Shown: positions 39,495 through 49,856, counted from the first letter of the stretch. The stretch: 64,000 bases of DNA from an uncultured candidate division Zixibacteria bacterium (GCA_963735035.1 CAVTJJ010000003.1:384001-448000), one strand, 5' to 3'. Notes: generated from the letters alone by a model not told the origin. Program-made: numbers and translations.

Positions 39495-40826
39495 TTAGCC
39501 CAGTTTGCGGATCTTCAAATACAGGCTGACCGCCACAATCGTAATGAACAGGGTCGCCAGCGCCAGTCCCTTCCGGCGGTAGTAATAGTCATCTACCAGT
39601 TCTCTGGATTCCGAAAGGACTGTGTCGGCTTTGGCCAGGCCGGTATCGGTCTTGGGAATGAACTCGGCCGTACCGAACGTGTGTACCAACGTACGCGATT
39701 GAATCAAGGCCTGATCGACCTCGCCCAGCATGTACTCCGCATCAGTGGTCAGCATCCCCTTGGCAATCGCGTCGTCGAGAACAGCTTTGGCCTGCTCACG
39801 CGACGACACCAACCGACTGAGACGAGCGGACACCGTATCGGCGACTGCGAACGCCTTTGAGCCATCATCGGCACTGTGGCAAGTAGAGCATATCGCGCTG
39901 GAACCGGTGCCGACCAGGGCGTCGGTAGGCTTCTCTATCCGATGGTTGGAATGGCAAGTCTGGCACATCGGGAAATCATTCTTCTCGAAGGCCATTTTGT
40001 GGGGCGACTTGTCGTAAAGATCCATCTGGAAGGCGTGACAGTTGCCGCAGACCGCCGCCAACGACTTGTGTCCAGGAGGAGCAGCGCCGTGATTGCTATG
40101 ACAGTCGTTGCAGGCCGGCGCGCCGAGGTCGTGACGTTCCAGAAGCGCCTGGCCATGGACCGAGTGCTGATAATCGTCAAGCTGTTTCGTAGGTATGTTG
40201 TACCCGGCCATGTAGGCCGAATCGGCGTGGCACTTGCCGCAGGTGGCCGGAACATTCGCCGGATAGGTGCTGGAATGCGGCAGCTTGCCATCGCCGATCT
40301 GATGAACCGTATGACAGGAAATGCAATTGGCAACTTTCTCATCGCGTTGCCCGAACAATCTCTGTCCGTGCACCGAGGTTTTGTACTTGTCTAGCTGGTC
40401 AGTCGGAAGCGACGGATTATGGCCGCGCATATAGGCGGCGTCGGAGTGGCATCGGGCACAGAACTCCGGGACCTGGAAATGATTCGGAACGCCCCTGAAA
40501 CCGGCGCTCTTGCGAACGTCATCCATGTCGCTTAGGGTCGTGTCTCCCCCGTGGCAGTCGGCGCAACTCAGACCTTTTTGGGTGTGGATGTCCTTGACGA
40601 TCAGATGCGATGGACCGGTGTCGTCTTCATTGTCGGTATGACAAGTCAGGCAGTTGTCGGCGGCCCAGGTGAAACACGGAAGAACAAACATAGAGGCAAT
40701 GACAACGAGGCCTAAGAATATAAGCCTAAGCGGGCGACCGAATGCGGCAGATGTGGGCATCTGCCGGGCACAATGTGCGAGGGCCGGAGTGGCAAGGCAG
40801 TTGCGGGTACTTATCTTCTTTTCCAT
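39495..40826 (-). CDS. Multiheme cytochrome c (nine CxxCH motifs) with a C-terminal membrane anchor
   Basis: CLTCH, CADCH, CARCH, CISCH, CGKCH, CNDCH, CGNCH, CQTCH and CSTCH; N-terminal signal segment and C-terminal TM helix; AGGAGG RBS overlapping the upstream stop. Confidence 0.92.
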   Translation of the reverse strand: MEKKISTRNCLATPALAHCARQMPTSAAFGRPLRLIFLGLVVIASMFVLPCFTWAADNCLTCHTDNEDDTGPSHLIVKDIHTQKGLSCADCHGGDTTLSDMDDVRKSAGFRGVPNHFQVPEFCARCHSDAAYMRGHNPSLPTDQLDKYKTSVHGQRLFGQRDEKVANCISCHTVHQIGDGKLPHSSTYPANVPATCGKCHADSAYMAGYNIPTKQLDDYQHSVHGQALLERHDLGAPACNDCHSNHGAAPPGHKSLAAVCGNCHAFQMDLYDKSPHKMAFEKNDFPMCQTCHSNHRIEKPTDALVGTGSSAICSTCHSADDGSKAFAVADTVSARLSRLVSSREQAKAVLDDAIAKGMLTTDAEYMLGEVDQALIQSRTLVHTFGTAEFIPKTDTGLAKADTVLSESRELVDDYYYRRKGLALATLFITIVAVSLYLKIRKLG

Positions 40827-40835
40827 GGTCGCCTC

Positions 40836-41960
40836 CTACTCCATCACGTAGCCAAGTATGGTCATAAGGATTATAAACGCCACTACGAACAGTCCGAACA
40901 GGACAAATGTCCGCGAGCGTTTATCGATCTGGGACTTGCGATCCAGGAACGGCACCAGCGCCCAGATCAGACCGCCGATCGTAAATACCGCAATTCCGAA
41001 CAGCTCCCCTTCGACAAACCAGATATGCGCCGGGAGCAGCTTGAGAGCCTGGAAAGCGAACATGAAATACCATTCCGGTCGAATCACCGCCGGTGGCGCC
41101 GCGAAGGGATCGGCCTTCGTGCCGAGCGGCCAGTGAACCGGTCCGACACCATCGGGAAAGATCACGGCCAGCAGCGCCAGGACGTTAAGCACCACCAACC
41201 AGACCAAGAGGTCCCGGTAGAGGAAGTTGGGAAAGAACTTCTGGAACTTCTTTTGTGATTCAGGCAGGTTCTTCCATTCGAGCGGTTCACTCATCCCCTG
41301 CCGCTGGATGAAGATCAGATGCACCGAGAGAACCACCGTGAACAGCGCCGGGAGAATGGCCACGTGCAGGCCGAAAAAACGTCCAATTGTAGCACCGGTG
41401 ACATCGTCACCGCCGCGCATGATGACCATTAGATCGTGGCCAATGACCGGAACCGCGCCCGCCATGCCGGTACCGACACGGGTGGCAAAGAACGCCAGTT
41501 CGTTCCACGGCAGAAGATAACCGGAAAAACCAAAACCAAGTCCGAGTCCGAGGAGCCCGATACCGGAGAGCCAGGTCAACTCGCGGGGTTTGCGATAAGC
41601 ATGCGTGAAGAAAACCGTGAACATGTGCAGGAAAGCGAAAAATACCATCAGATTCGCCGACCACGAATGCAGCGCCCGGATCAGCCAGCCGAACGACACT
41701 TCCGACACGATAAATCGAACCGATTCGTAGGCGGAGTCGGCGCCGGGACGATAGTACATCAGAAGCAGAATTCCGGTCACTACTTGCACGACAAACAGAA
41801 AAAGCGCGATGCCGCCGCAGTAGTAGAAAGCGCTGTGGCCGTGAACCGGCACAACCTTGTGCCCCATGTAATCCACCAGGGTGCTGATCTTGAACCGTTC
41901 ATCGACCCAGCCGTAGGCCCGTGTGAACAGGCCATTCTTCGTTTCGGATGAACCAGCCAT
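40836..41960 (-). CDS. Cytochrome b of a Rieske/cyt b complex (cyt b6-like plus subunit IV-like region in one chain)
   Basis: GWLIRALHSWSAN..FLHM, GYLLPW, RFFGLHV..VHL and RPEWY motifs. Confidence 0.93.
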   Translation of the reverse strand: MAGSSETKNGLFTRAYGWVDERFKISTLVDYMGHKVVPVHGHSAFYYCGGIALFLFVVQVVTGILLLMYYRPGADSAYESVRFIVSEVSFGWLIRALHSWSANLMVFFAFLHMFTVFFTHAYRKPRELTWLSGIGLLGLGLGFGFSGYLLPWNELAFFATRVGTGMAGAVPVIGHDLMVIMRGGDDVTGATIGRFFGLHVAILPALFTVVLSVHLIFIQRQGMSEPLEWKNLPESQKKFQKFFPNFLYRDLLVWLVVLNVLALLAVIFPDGVGPVHWPLGTKADPFAAPPAVIRPEWYFMFAFQALKLLPAHIWFVEGELFGIAVFTIGGLIWALVPFLDRKSQIDKRSRTFVLFGLFVVAFIILMTILGYVME

Positions 41961-42412
41961 CAGACTGCCCCCTTCGAAACGAAGATGTCCTCGCCGACTT
42001 CATTTATCACATACATCTCCAGAGGACGGGGCGGCGGACCGGAGATGTTCTTGCCTTCGAGATCGTATCGACCGTTGTGACAGGCACACCAGATGATGCC
42101 GAGATCAGGGCGGTATTGCACGGTGCATTGCAGGTGGGTGCAGGTGGCCGACATAGCTTTGAGCTCTCCGGCATCAGTCAGGACTACGATTCCTACTGAG
42201 CGGCCGAACTTGAAGATCTTTGATTTCTGCGGTTCCGCGGCCAGATCGGCCTTCTTGAACGGCAATTTCACCTGCGAAACGTTGGCCTCACCACTGGGGG
42301 GCGGGGTGAGGAACTTCCAGGCCGGGTAGGCTATCGCTCCGAGGGTAGCAATCAAGCCCCCTCCGAGAACCCAACTCAGAAAGTTTCTTCGGGTTTGTTC
42401 CGCATCGGTCAT
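41960..42412 (-). CDS. Rieske 2Fe-2S protein
   Basis: Tat motif TRRNFL; CTHLQC...CACHNGRY; GPPPRPL. Confidence 0.94.
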   Translation of the reverse strand: MTDAEQTRRNFLSWVLGGGLIATLGAIAYPAWKFLTPPPSGEANVSQVKLPFKKADLAAEPQKSKIFKFGRSVGIVVLTDAGELKAMSATCTHLQCTVQYRPDLGIIWCACHNGRYDLEGKNISGPPPRPLEMYVINEVGEDIFVSKGAV

Positions 42413-42508
42413 CGGACCTCCTGATAAGTCAGTCTCGAACTCTTGATCAAACTGTTCCGACCATTACAAATTGCGATTCTCGCCTGGGATTGCCTTGACT
42501 AAAGTCAT

Positions 42509-42895
42509 TTACGGCAGGACGGCAATGGCGTCGATTTCTACCCGGCCGTCTTTCGGAAGACGCGCCACCTGGACAGTCGCCCGTGCGGGAGGATTCTGCG
42601 TGAAGTAGCGACCATAGACTTCATTGACAGCGGCAAAATCGTTCATATCGGCCAGGAATATGGTAGTTCTGACCACATCGGACATATGCGCGCCGGCCGC
42701 TTCAAGGACCGCCTTCAGATTTTCCATGACCTGGTGGGTCTGATCGGCCGCGGTTGTGCCCACAAAATTGCCGGTCTTCGGGTCGAGGGCTAGTTGACCT
42801 GAAAGAAAGATGAATGTACTGCCGCGCACTTTGATGGCCTGGGAATAAGGTCCCAGGGCGGCGGGGGCGTGATCGGTCTTTATCGCTTCTCTCAT
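42509..42895 (-). CDS. RidA/YjgF family enamine deaminase
   Basis: APAALGPYSQA, SGQLALDP, FAAVNEVY, PARATV and VEIDAIA motifs; GGAGG RBS before ATG 42895. Confidence 0.93.
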   Translation of the reverse strand: MREAIKTDHAPAALGPYSQAIKVRGSTFIFLSGQLALDPKTGNFVGTTAADQTHQVMENLKAVLEAAGAHMSDVVRTTIFLADMNDFAAVNEVYGRYFTQNPPARATVQVARLPKDGRVEIDAIAVLP

Positions 42896-42975
42896 ATAAC
42901 CTCCGGACTGCTTCGGAGAATATATGGTTTGTGGACCAGTCCAGACAACAATAATCACAGTTTCGGCTGTGTGAC

Positions 42976-43007
42976 AAAAAAAGACGGAGAGTCCAAAGAC
43001 TCTCCGT
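42976..43007 (-). terminator. Intrinsic terminator downstream of the OmpA-domain gene
   Basis: 10-bp stem acggagagtc/gactctccgt with a 4-nt loop and a T7 tract on the minus strand. Confidence 0.7.
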
Positions 43008-43028
43008 TTTCCATTCTGCTTATCTAAT

Positions 43029-43260
43029 CCTGGCAGATGTGGGCATCTGCCAGGCACGTTTAGAGTGGGTCCACCGCGACGGACCGGGCACGTCAACTCT
43101 CCGTTTAGATGCGTCTACGAGCGGCAGATGTGGGCACTGCCGGGCACGTTTGAGTGGGGCAGACGCGGCGGACCGGGCACGTCAACTCTCCGTTTACGAT
43201 TCGCCTCTACGGCCCGGCAGACGTGGACATCTACCGGGCACGTTTAGAGTGGGTCGCCGC
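43029..43260. repeat. About 2.5 tandem ~92-bp units containing a REP-like hairpin
   Basis: ggcagatgtgggcatctgcc(a/g)ggcacgtttagagtggg...ggaccgggcacgtcaactctccgttta, repeated from 43032, 43123 and 43216. Confidence 0.82.
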
Positions 43261-43270
43261 ACAAAAGCAG

Positions 43271-44470
43271 CTATTCGACCGACTCGATTTCCACCCGGCG
43301 GTTCTTGGCCCGGCCGGCTTCGGTCTTGTTGTCGGCGACAAAGTATTTCGGATCCTCGCCGTATCCCTTAGCCGTCATACGATTCTTCGCCACACCCATC
43401 TTTTCGAGATAGGCCATGACAGCGTTGGCTCGACGATCAGACAATTGCCGGTTGTACGATTCAGAACCAGCGTCGTCGGTATAGCCGTTGACGGCCACGT
43501 TAATGTCGGTGTACTCCAGCAGCGTCTTGGCGACGCCGTTAAGAATCTCCTGCGAACGGGCGTCCATGTCGGCCGAATTGTTGGCGAAATTGACGTCGAG
43601 CACGATCTTCTCGCCCTTCTTCATCAGTTTCGGACAGCCGGTCTCGTCCACGGCCACGTTGGCCGGAGTGTTGGGACACTTGTCGAGGTAATCAGGTACG
43701 CCGTCACCGTCGCTATCCTTCGGACAGCCGAAATCATCCACGGGCGCTCCGGCCGGAGTATTCGGGCACTTGTCCTTATCATCGGTCACACCGTCGCCGT
43801 CGCTGTCCACCGGGCAGCCGTTGGCATCAACGCGAACGCCGGACAGAGTTCCGGGGCATTTATCGAGATAATCGGGGACGCCGTCGCGGTCGGTGTCAAT
43901 CGGGCAGCCGTTGTCGTCAACTTTGACTCCCGAGGGCGTTCCGGGGCAACGATCAAGGTCGTCTCTGACACCATCGCCGTCGGAATCGGCCACCGGCTTG
44001 GGAGCCGCTACACCGGCGTGGTAATATTCGGCGACATGCGGACGCGGGTCGATATTGTCCGGCAGACCATCGCCGTCACTGTCGACATTCGGCGCCTGGG
44101 CCAGACGATCATAAGGCTTTGTGCTGGGGGCCTTGTAGTATTCGGCTACATGAGGCCGCACATCCATGATGTCAACCAGACCATCGGCGTCACTGTCGGT
44201 CGTGGGCGACTGTTCCATGCGATCCCACGGCTGAGCGCTCGAGGCCCGATAATACTCGGCCACGTGGGGCCGGGGATCGAGTGCGTCCGGCAGGCCGTCG
44301 TTGTCGCTGTCGGTGGTTGTCGCGGGGGAGTTCGGGTTGGCCCGATAGTATTCTGCGACATGGGGACGGCGGTCCAGTGAATCGGGGAGTCCGTCGTTGT
44401 CGCTGTCTTGGGCGAAAACCGCTGTCCCACACAGCAGCAATCCGCTCAAGAGGAACGTGAAGCTTTTCAT
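43271..44470 (-). CDS. OmpA-like peptidoglycan-binding protein with thrombospondin type 3-like repeats
   Basis: Signal peptide, eight D(S/T)DxDG repeats, and an OmpA C-domain GYTD..G...YN..LS.RRA.AV...NRRVE. Confidence 0.9.
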   Translation of the reverse strand: MKSFTFLLSGLLLCGTAVFAQDSDNDGLPDSLDRRPHVAEYYRANPNSPATTTDSDNDGLPDALDPRPHVAEYYRASSAQPWDRMEQSPTTDSDADGLVDIMDVRPHVAEYYKAPSTKPYDRLAQAPNVDSDGDGLPDNIDPRPHVAEYYHAGVAAPKPVADSDGDGVRDDLDRCPGTPSGVKVDDNGCPIDTDRDGVPDYLDKCPGTLSGVRVDANGCPVDSDGDGVTDDKDKCPNTPAGAPVDDFGCPKDSDGDGVPDYLDKCPNTPANVAVDETGCPKLMKKGEKIVLDVNFANNSADMDARSQEILNGVAKTLLEYTDINVAVNGYTDDAGSESYNRQLSDRRANAVMAYLEKMGVAKNRMTAKGYGEDPKYFVADNKTEAGRAKNRRVEIESVE

Positions 44471-44713
44471 GATCTTCCTCCTAATGCCATTGAGTCATAT
44501 CCTTACCTTTATCATAGTTTTCAGATTCGATTTTCCTGTCTGTCCATTCAAAATGCAAGGTTAAAGGTTGCAACCTCGACATCTGAATGGAGGTTCCCGG
44601 AAAGAGCTGAAACATTCCCGGGGTTACGTCCATATGTCACAATCATTCGACCGGGAAGTCTCTCACAATGCTGTTAGCTGACCGGATCGTATGATGCCAG
44701 CTGGATACCGCCA

Positions 44714-45394
44714 TTAAGAGTTCCGGTCAAAAGCCGCCTTCCAAACAAGCGAACCCAGAATTCCACCGATGATCGGAGCGACGATAAACAGCCACAACTG
44801 AGCCAACGCCTCACCGCCTACGAACAGTGCCGGGCCCAGACTGCGAGCCGGGTTGACGGACGTTCCGCTGACTGGTATACCGACCAGGTGAATGAACACC
44901 AGGGTCAGTCCAATCGAAATCCCGGCAAAACCCTTCGGGGCGTTGGCGTGGGTCGAGCCCAAAATTACGAACAAGAACAGCGCCGTGAGGACGACCTCGG
45001 CCACGAAGCAGGCCATCATCGAGAAGTGATCCGGGGAATGAACGCCGTAGCCGTTCTGGCCCAGACCGCAGGCGGCGATGGTATAGTCCGGTCGTCCGGA
45101 AGCCACGGCCAATAGTACGGCCGCCCCGAGGATCGCACCGAGACACTGGGCGACAATGTACAAGCCGCCGTCTTTCGCATTGATCTTGCCGGCCACGAGC
45201 ATACCGATTGTCACGGCCGGATTGACATGACAGCCGGAAATCGGCCCGATCGCGTATACCAAGGCCAGCAACGTCAGGCCAAAAGCGAACGCGATTCCGA
45301 GGAACCCTATGTGAGCGCCGGCGAGAACAGCACTCCCGCATCCGATAGTAACCAGCGCAAAGGTTCCGATCAGTTCAGCAAGATACTTTCTCAT
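44714..45394 (-). CDS. aqpZ: Aquaporin Z
   Basis: SGCHVNPAVT and TSVNPARS NPA motifs. Confidence 0.92.
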   Translation of the reverse strand: MRKYLAELIGTFALVTIGCGSAVLAGAHIGFLGIAFAFGLTLLALVYAIGPISGCHVNPAVTIGMLVAGKINAKDGGLYIVAQCLGAILGAAVLLAVASGRPDYTIAACGLGQNGYGVHSPDHFSMMACFVAEVVLTALFLFVILGSTHANAPKGFAGISIGLTLVFIHLVGIPVSGTSVNPARSLGPALFVGGEALAQLWLFIVAPIIGGILGSLVWKAAFDRNS

Positions 45395-45704
45395 ATCACT
45401 CCTTTCAGAGTCTCAGTGGCATCGTGCCTATAAACAAGCGCCTCGGCCTGCCTGCCCGGCATCTATTCGCCAAGTGCGCCGTTGTTGTCGATGCAGAAAT
45501 ACTTGCTGACGAGCAGATGATCGAATCGCGGCTCACAAACGTCTCTCGTTTTATGCCATAGAGTCGCATGAGTTAGATAGCAGAGTGCAACTTTGGCGGC
45601 AAGGATTTTATACCCCTCCGATTGGGTTGCTTTCGGTCGGATCGGTAGAGAGAGAGAAATTTGGCCGTGATTTATGGAGAAGAAGGACCGGCAATTCTTC
45701 CGGC

Positions 45705-46689
45705 TTAGAATTCCCCGAGCTCAGAGGGGCCCATCAGCTCGACAAAAGCACGCAGTATCTGCTCGTCGTAGGCTCCCTTGAGTGAGAACATGATCTTGAG
45801 GGCGGGGAAAGAATCAATCGCGTGCTGGTACACCCGGTCGGTGGTCATGGCGTCGAATGAATCGGCAATCGCGACTATCTTGGAGTAAATGTGCATTTCG
45901 TCGAGCGATAGTCCCGAGGGATAGCCTCGACGGTCGCCGCGTTCATGGTGCTGCATAATCGGAAAGTGCGACGAGGTGGCGATCAGGTCAGTCTCTTCGA
46001 GAATCTCCACCCCCCACTTGGGATGCTTCTTCATGATTTCGAACTCGATCGGTGTCAGCGATCCGCGCTTGTTCAGAATCCGATCCGAGATGCGTGACTT
46101 GCCGACGTCATGCAGCAAGCGATCCCATCCCCAGTTCGTGCAGGAATTCCTCGTCGCCGAACCCGAGCTGCTGCGCCAGAGCTATCGAGAACGTGCAGAC
46201 GTTGACCGAATGGGTGTAGGTATAGTAATCGAACGACGTGATCTTGAGCAGGTTGAGAAAAGCATCCCGCCCCTGCAGAATGAAATTGACCGTCTGGCCG
46301 ACCAGGTCTTTGGAGCGCTGAATATTTTCGCCGTAGGTCGGGTTGTTCAGGACGTCCTTGACCAGATTGGTCGACGTGTCATAGAGGATACCGGCCTTCT
46401 TGCTTTCCTCGACTTTGGGATCGGCCAGAATCTTATCCAGGTTCTGTTCGATGTAATGCTGATAGGCTTTCTTGCTTTCGAAAGCGACATACAACCGGTC
46501 GATCCGGTTCTCCATGAGCTTGCGGAGGGTACGATCGGTGAAAGGCAGATTGGCCGATCGATACAGAACCAGGTGGTTGTTGACGTTGATATAGAGATCA
46601 AAATCCAGGACCGAGTCGACCCGGATTGACTCCAGGTAGATCGGCAGGAATTTTTGTTCGGTTCGGTTCTTTATGGCAGTCGACGACAT
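45705..46689 (-). CDS. HD-GYP domain phosphodiesterase, frameshifted near 46118
   Basis: YTYTHSVNV, then LHDVGK, HHER..RRGYP and IADSFDAMTTDRVY in the adjacent frame. Confidence 0.88.
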
Positions 46690-46859
46690 GTTTCGGCTCT
46701 CCGGCCGAGACCCCAAAAACGGTACACGGGGGCCGGTTTTCGGGTATCGGTCTTGTCGTCAAATTATCGGCAAATGGCGGGAACGACTTGAAACCAAAGA
46801 AAAGGCCGGAATCGTTCATGATTCCGGCCTTAGAGGCACACACGAAAGGAAACTAGGCA

Positions 46860-47480
46860 CTATGCTCCAAAATTCTTGACCGTCAGCAGGACTGAATTCA
46901 GCCGGGTAGTGATATCCGAAAGAATGCCGGAATAGCGGCGCAGGATCTCGGAATACTGCCAGCGCATCTGGAAAGCTTGCTCCGGAAAATCGAACAGTTC
47001 CAGAAGAATGACTTTGTAGATTTCGTCGATATACTTGACTACGTCGTAGGTATAACCAACCACATTGGGATCGTGCACGTCGCCCTTGGCGAGGCGATCC
47101 CGGTAGACTTCAACTTTCTCCAGCACTACGGTCCCGAAACACCACGGCGTCATGACCACGCCCAGATTGGAACCGTCGGTGTAAAAGCGTCGAATGGTAC
47201 GCAGGAGCAGGTCAACCACGACCCCTTTGGCGTGATAATAGGCCAGGGTCTCAGAATTGTCCTTGGCGGTGGCGGCGATTTTCTCGTCCAGATCTTTGCG
47301 GGCAGCGGAAGCACGTTCGTACGTCAGGGTCAGGAAACCGTAGAAATCCTCGAAATAGACGCGAGTGTTTTCGGACAGGGACATAATATAGAAGCCCCGT
47401 TCATCCTGGCGGACTTTCGGCTCCTGTTTGGAAGCCAGTCTCTCGGCTGAAAAACCTCTTTGATAACGTCCGTCGAGCAT
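46860..47480 (-). CDS. Hypothetical cytoplasmic protein
   Basis: AAGGAG RBS, a 206-aa ORF with typical codon usage, and no motif I recognise. Confidence 0.72.
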   Translation of the reverse strand: MLDGRYQRGFSAERLASKQEPKVRQDERGFYIMSLSENTRVYFEDFYGFLTLTYERASAARKDLDEKIAATAKDNSETLAYYHAKGVVVDLLLRTIRRFYTDGSNLGVVMTPWCFGTVVLEKVEVYRDRLAKGDVHDPNVVGYTYDVVKYIDEIYKVILLELFDFPEQAFQMRWQYSEILRRYSGILSDITTRLNSVLLTVKNFGA

Positions 47481-47858
47481 CGGTTCTCCTTAGTTCAGTG
47501 ACCTTTCTGCGTCTTTCTGAGCCTCTCTCAGCATAACTTATGCCGCCGAAATCGCGCTCGCCCGGAACCTCTTCCCTTCCTCGTAAGCCCCTAATTATCA
47601 GCGTCTTGCAGACGACGGTGAGGCGCTTTGGCCACAATAGGGTCGATTCTGCACTGAGCAAACCGTTGCGTCTTTGGGAAGGCGAATGCTTTGCCGGGGG
47701 GACTAATATGAATGTGTACAGGAGATCGTGTGTTAGGCAGTGCTTCGGTTCGCTCGAATCCTGTCCCCCCGATTTGCACCACACAAAAGTCCGGCTCTTG
47801 CGTCCCCTAGGCTGAGAAGGCTACATTTAGGCGCCATGATCCACTAAAGAGGCTCACC

Positions 47859-49442
47859 ATGTCCCAGAGTATCCGCCAGATTCTGACAGTACTATTTGTC
47901 GCAGCAGGACTGCTTAGCGCCTGGGGTTGTTCCGACGATGTCACCTATTCCCGGCAACGGCCGATGGCGGTATCGAACAGTCACCTCGAATTTACTTCCT
48001 GGGCCGGCGCTAATCCGTACCCGGCTCAACAGAAGGTGGAAGTCACTCTGGAAGGCCAGCCGACCAATGGATGGATGGCGACCACTACCAGTGACTGGCT
48101 GCGCCTCGGTCCGCGCGGAACCGACTCCATTTTCATTTCAGTAATTTCGACCGATGTCCTCGCCGGGGTTCATTATGATTCAATCGCGGTGAGCCTGACC
48201 GAGGCTACCAACAGCCCGATCTACATCGAAGTTAAACTGACTGTCCTCAACCAGGTCAATCTGTCACCAGCCAGCATGTCGTTCGCGACGCTGGCCGGTG
48301 GAGCTCAGATAGCGGCTCAAGACCTGATCATCGCCAATTTCGGGACCGGCTCAGTCAATTATACCGCTGAAACGACCGCCCCCTGGCTGGTCTTGAACAG
48401 TCTCTCCGGAACGATGCCGGACACTATCTCAGTCAACGTTGATATCACCGGCCTGAACGCCGGGTACTATCTGGACAGTATCGTGGTGAACTCGCCCGAA
48501 CTGCCGCAAACGCGCGCGGTGGTATACTGCGGCCTGAGCCTGTCATCCTGGGCGACAGTTGGACTCGGTCGGATTGACGTCATGTTGGAAGATGTTCAGT
48601 TCGTCAATTCGCAAAGCGGCTGGGCATCCGGCTGGCTGCCCAACGCCACGGATCCCCACGGATTTGTTTTTCGGAGTGACAACCAGGGAGATACCTGGTC
48701 GAGTGTATACAATCGCTCCTTCTCGGTATTCGGTGGTTTAGCAGCTATCGACGCATCGCGCTGCTTTGTTGTCGGCAACGACGCGGAAATATTCCGAACG
48801 AACGACAGCGGTCGTACTTGGAATCAAATAGTGGGACTTCCGATTAGCGCTCCGACGGTTCTTCGGGATATTTATTTTGCCGACTTCGCCCACGGCTGGG
48901 CGATCGGTAACGGCGGTACGATAATCAGCACGTCTGACAGCGGCGCCACATGGACCAAGGATATCGTCCCCACCGCTCAGGACCTCACGGGTATAGCGTT
49001 CCTCGATTCGCAGACCGGCTGGATGTCCGGCAATCATGGCACACTGCTTCACACCGGTGATGGCGGCATGACCTGGGTGGCTCAAAGCGCCAACACGTCA
49101 TCAGATCTTTGGGCAATATCCTTTGTAGACAATCTTCACGGCTGGGCAGCGGGCGCGGATGGATTGGTGATTCACACAATCGATGGCGGCGCAACGTGGG
49201 AGGCGGCGGCCAATGCCGGCACGTCGCTGCTCCTGGACGTTGTCTTCGTGAGTCCGACCCAGGGGTGGGTGGTAGGGATCGACGGTGCAATTCACCGAAC
49301 CGACGACGGTGGCGTGACCTGGGTGGAGCAGACTTCCGGGACGACCCAGAGTCTGAAGGAGATATTCTTCCTCGATGATAAGCTGGGCTGGGCGGTCGGC
49401 GACGCCGGGACGGTGCTCAAGACGGCGAATGGTGGATTCTGA
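47859..49442 (+). CDS. Lipoprotein with BACON-like Ig domains and a YCF48/BNR-type beta-propeller
   Basis: Lipobox AWGC; TSDWL and TAPWL beta domains; repeated GW.VG..G.I..T.DGG.TW motifs. Confidence 0.82.
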   Translation: MSQSIRQILTVLFVAAGLLSAWGCSDDVTYSRQRPMAVSNSHLEFTSWAGANPYPAQQKVEVTLEGQPTNGWMATTTSDWLRLGPRGTDSIFISVISTDVLAGVHYDSIAVSLTEATNSPIYIEVKLTVLNQVNLSPASMSFATLAGGAQIAAQDLIIANFGTGSVNYTAETTAPWLVLNSLSGTMPDTISVNVDITGLNAGYYLDSIVVNSPELPQTRAVVYCGLSLSSWATVGLGRIDVMLEDVQFVNSQSGWASGWLPNATDPHGFVFRSDNQGDTWSSVYNRSFSVFGGLAAIDASRCFVVGNDAEIFRTNDSGRTWNQIVGLPISAPTVLRDIYFADFAHGWAIGNGGTIISTSDSGATWTKDIVPTAQDLTGIAFLDSQTGWMSGNHGTLLHTGDGGMTWVAQSANTSSDLWAISFVDNLHGWAAGADGLVIHTIDGGATWEAAANAGTSLLLDVVFVSPTQGWVVGIDGAIHRTDDGGVTWVEQTSGTTQSLKEIFFLDDKLGWAVGDAGTVLKTANGGF

Positions 49443-49460
49443 GGGGAGCTACGACGATTA

Positions 49461-49804
49461 ATCGGCAGGGTTCCAACCCTGCCGAAACTCTGAAGACAAG
49501 AACGGCAGGCACAGAGGCCTGCCGATTAAATCTTGGGATCCCTGCCGAAACTCCGGAAGCAGGAACGGCAGGCACGGAGGCCACTAACCTGATCGGCAGG
49601 GTTCCACCCCTGCCGGATTTCTTAGAGCAGGAACGGCAGGCACAGAGGCCTGCCGATCAAATCCAAGGGGAGCTATCGGCACAAAATGATCGGCCCCCAG
49701 TGTGATCGACCTAAAATGTGATCGGCCCCCAGTGTGATCGGCAGGGTTCCATCCCTGCCGGTTCTCCGGATTCAAGAACGGCAGGCACAGAGGCCTGCCG
49801 ATCA
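49461..49804. repeat. Left REP array (BIME-like) flanking the RAYT gene
   Basis: Alternating (g)atcggcagggttccacccctgccg (3 copies) and inverted cggcaggcac(a/g)gaggcctgccgatc (4 copies, one truncated). Confidence 0.9.
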
Positions 49805-49856
49805 AGAATCGCGATTCACTGACACACCCTGTCAGTGGCCGGTGTCTCATTGCGAC

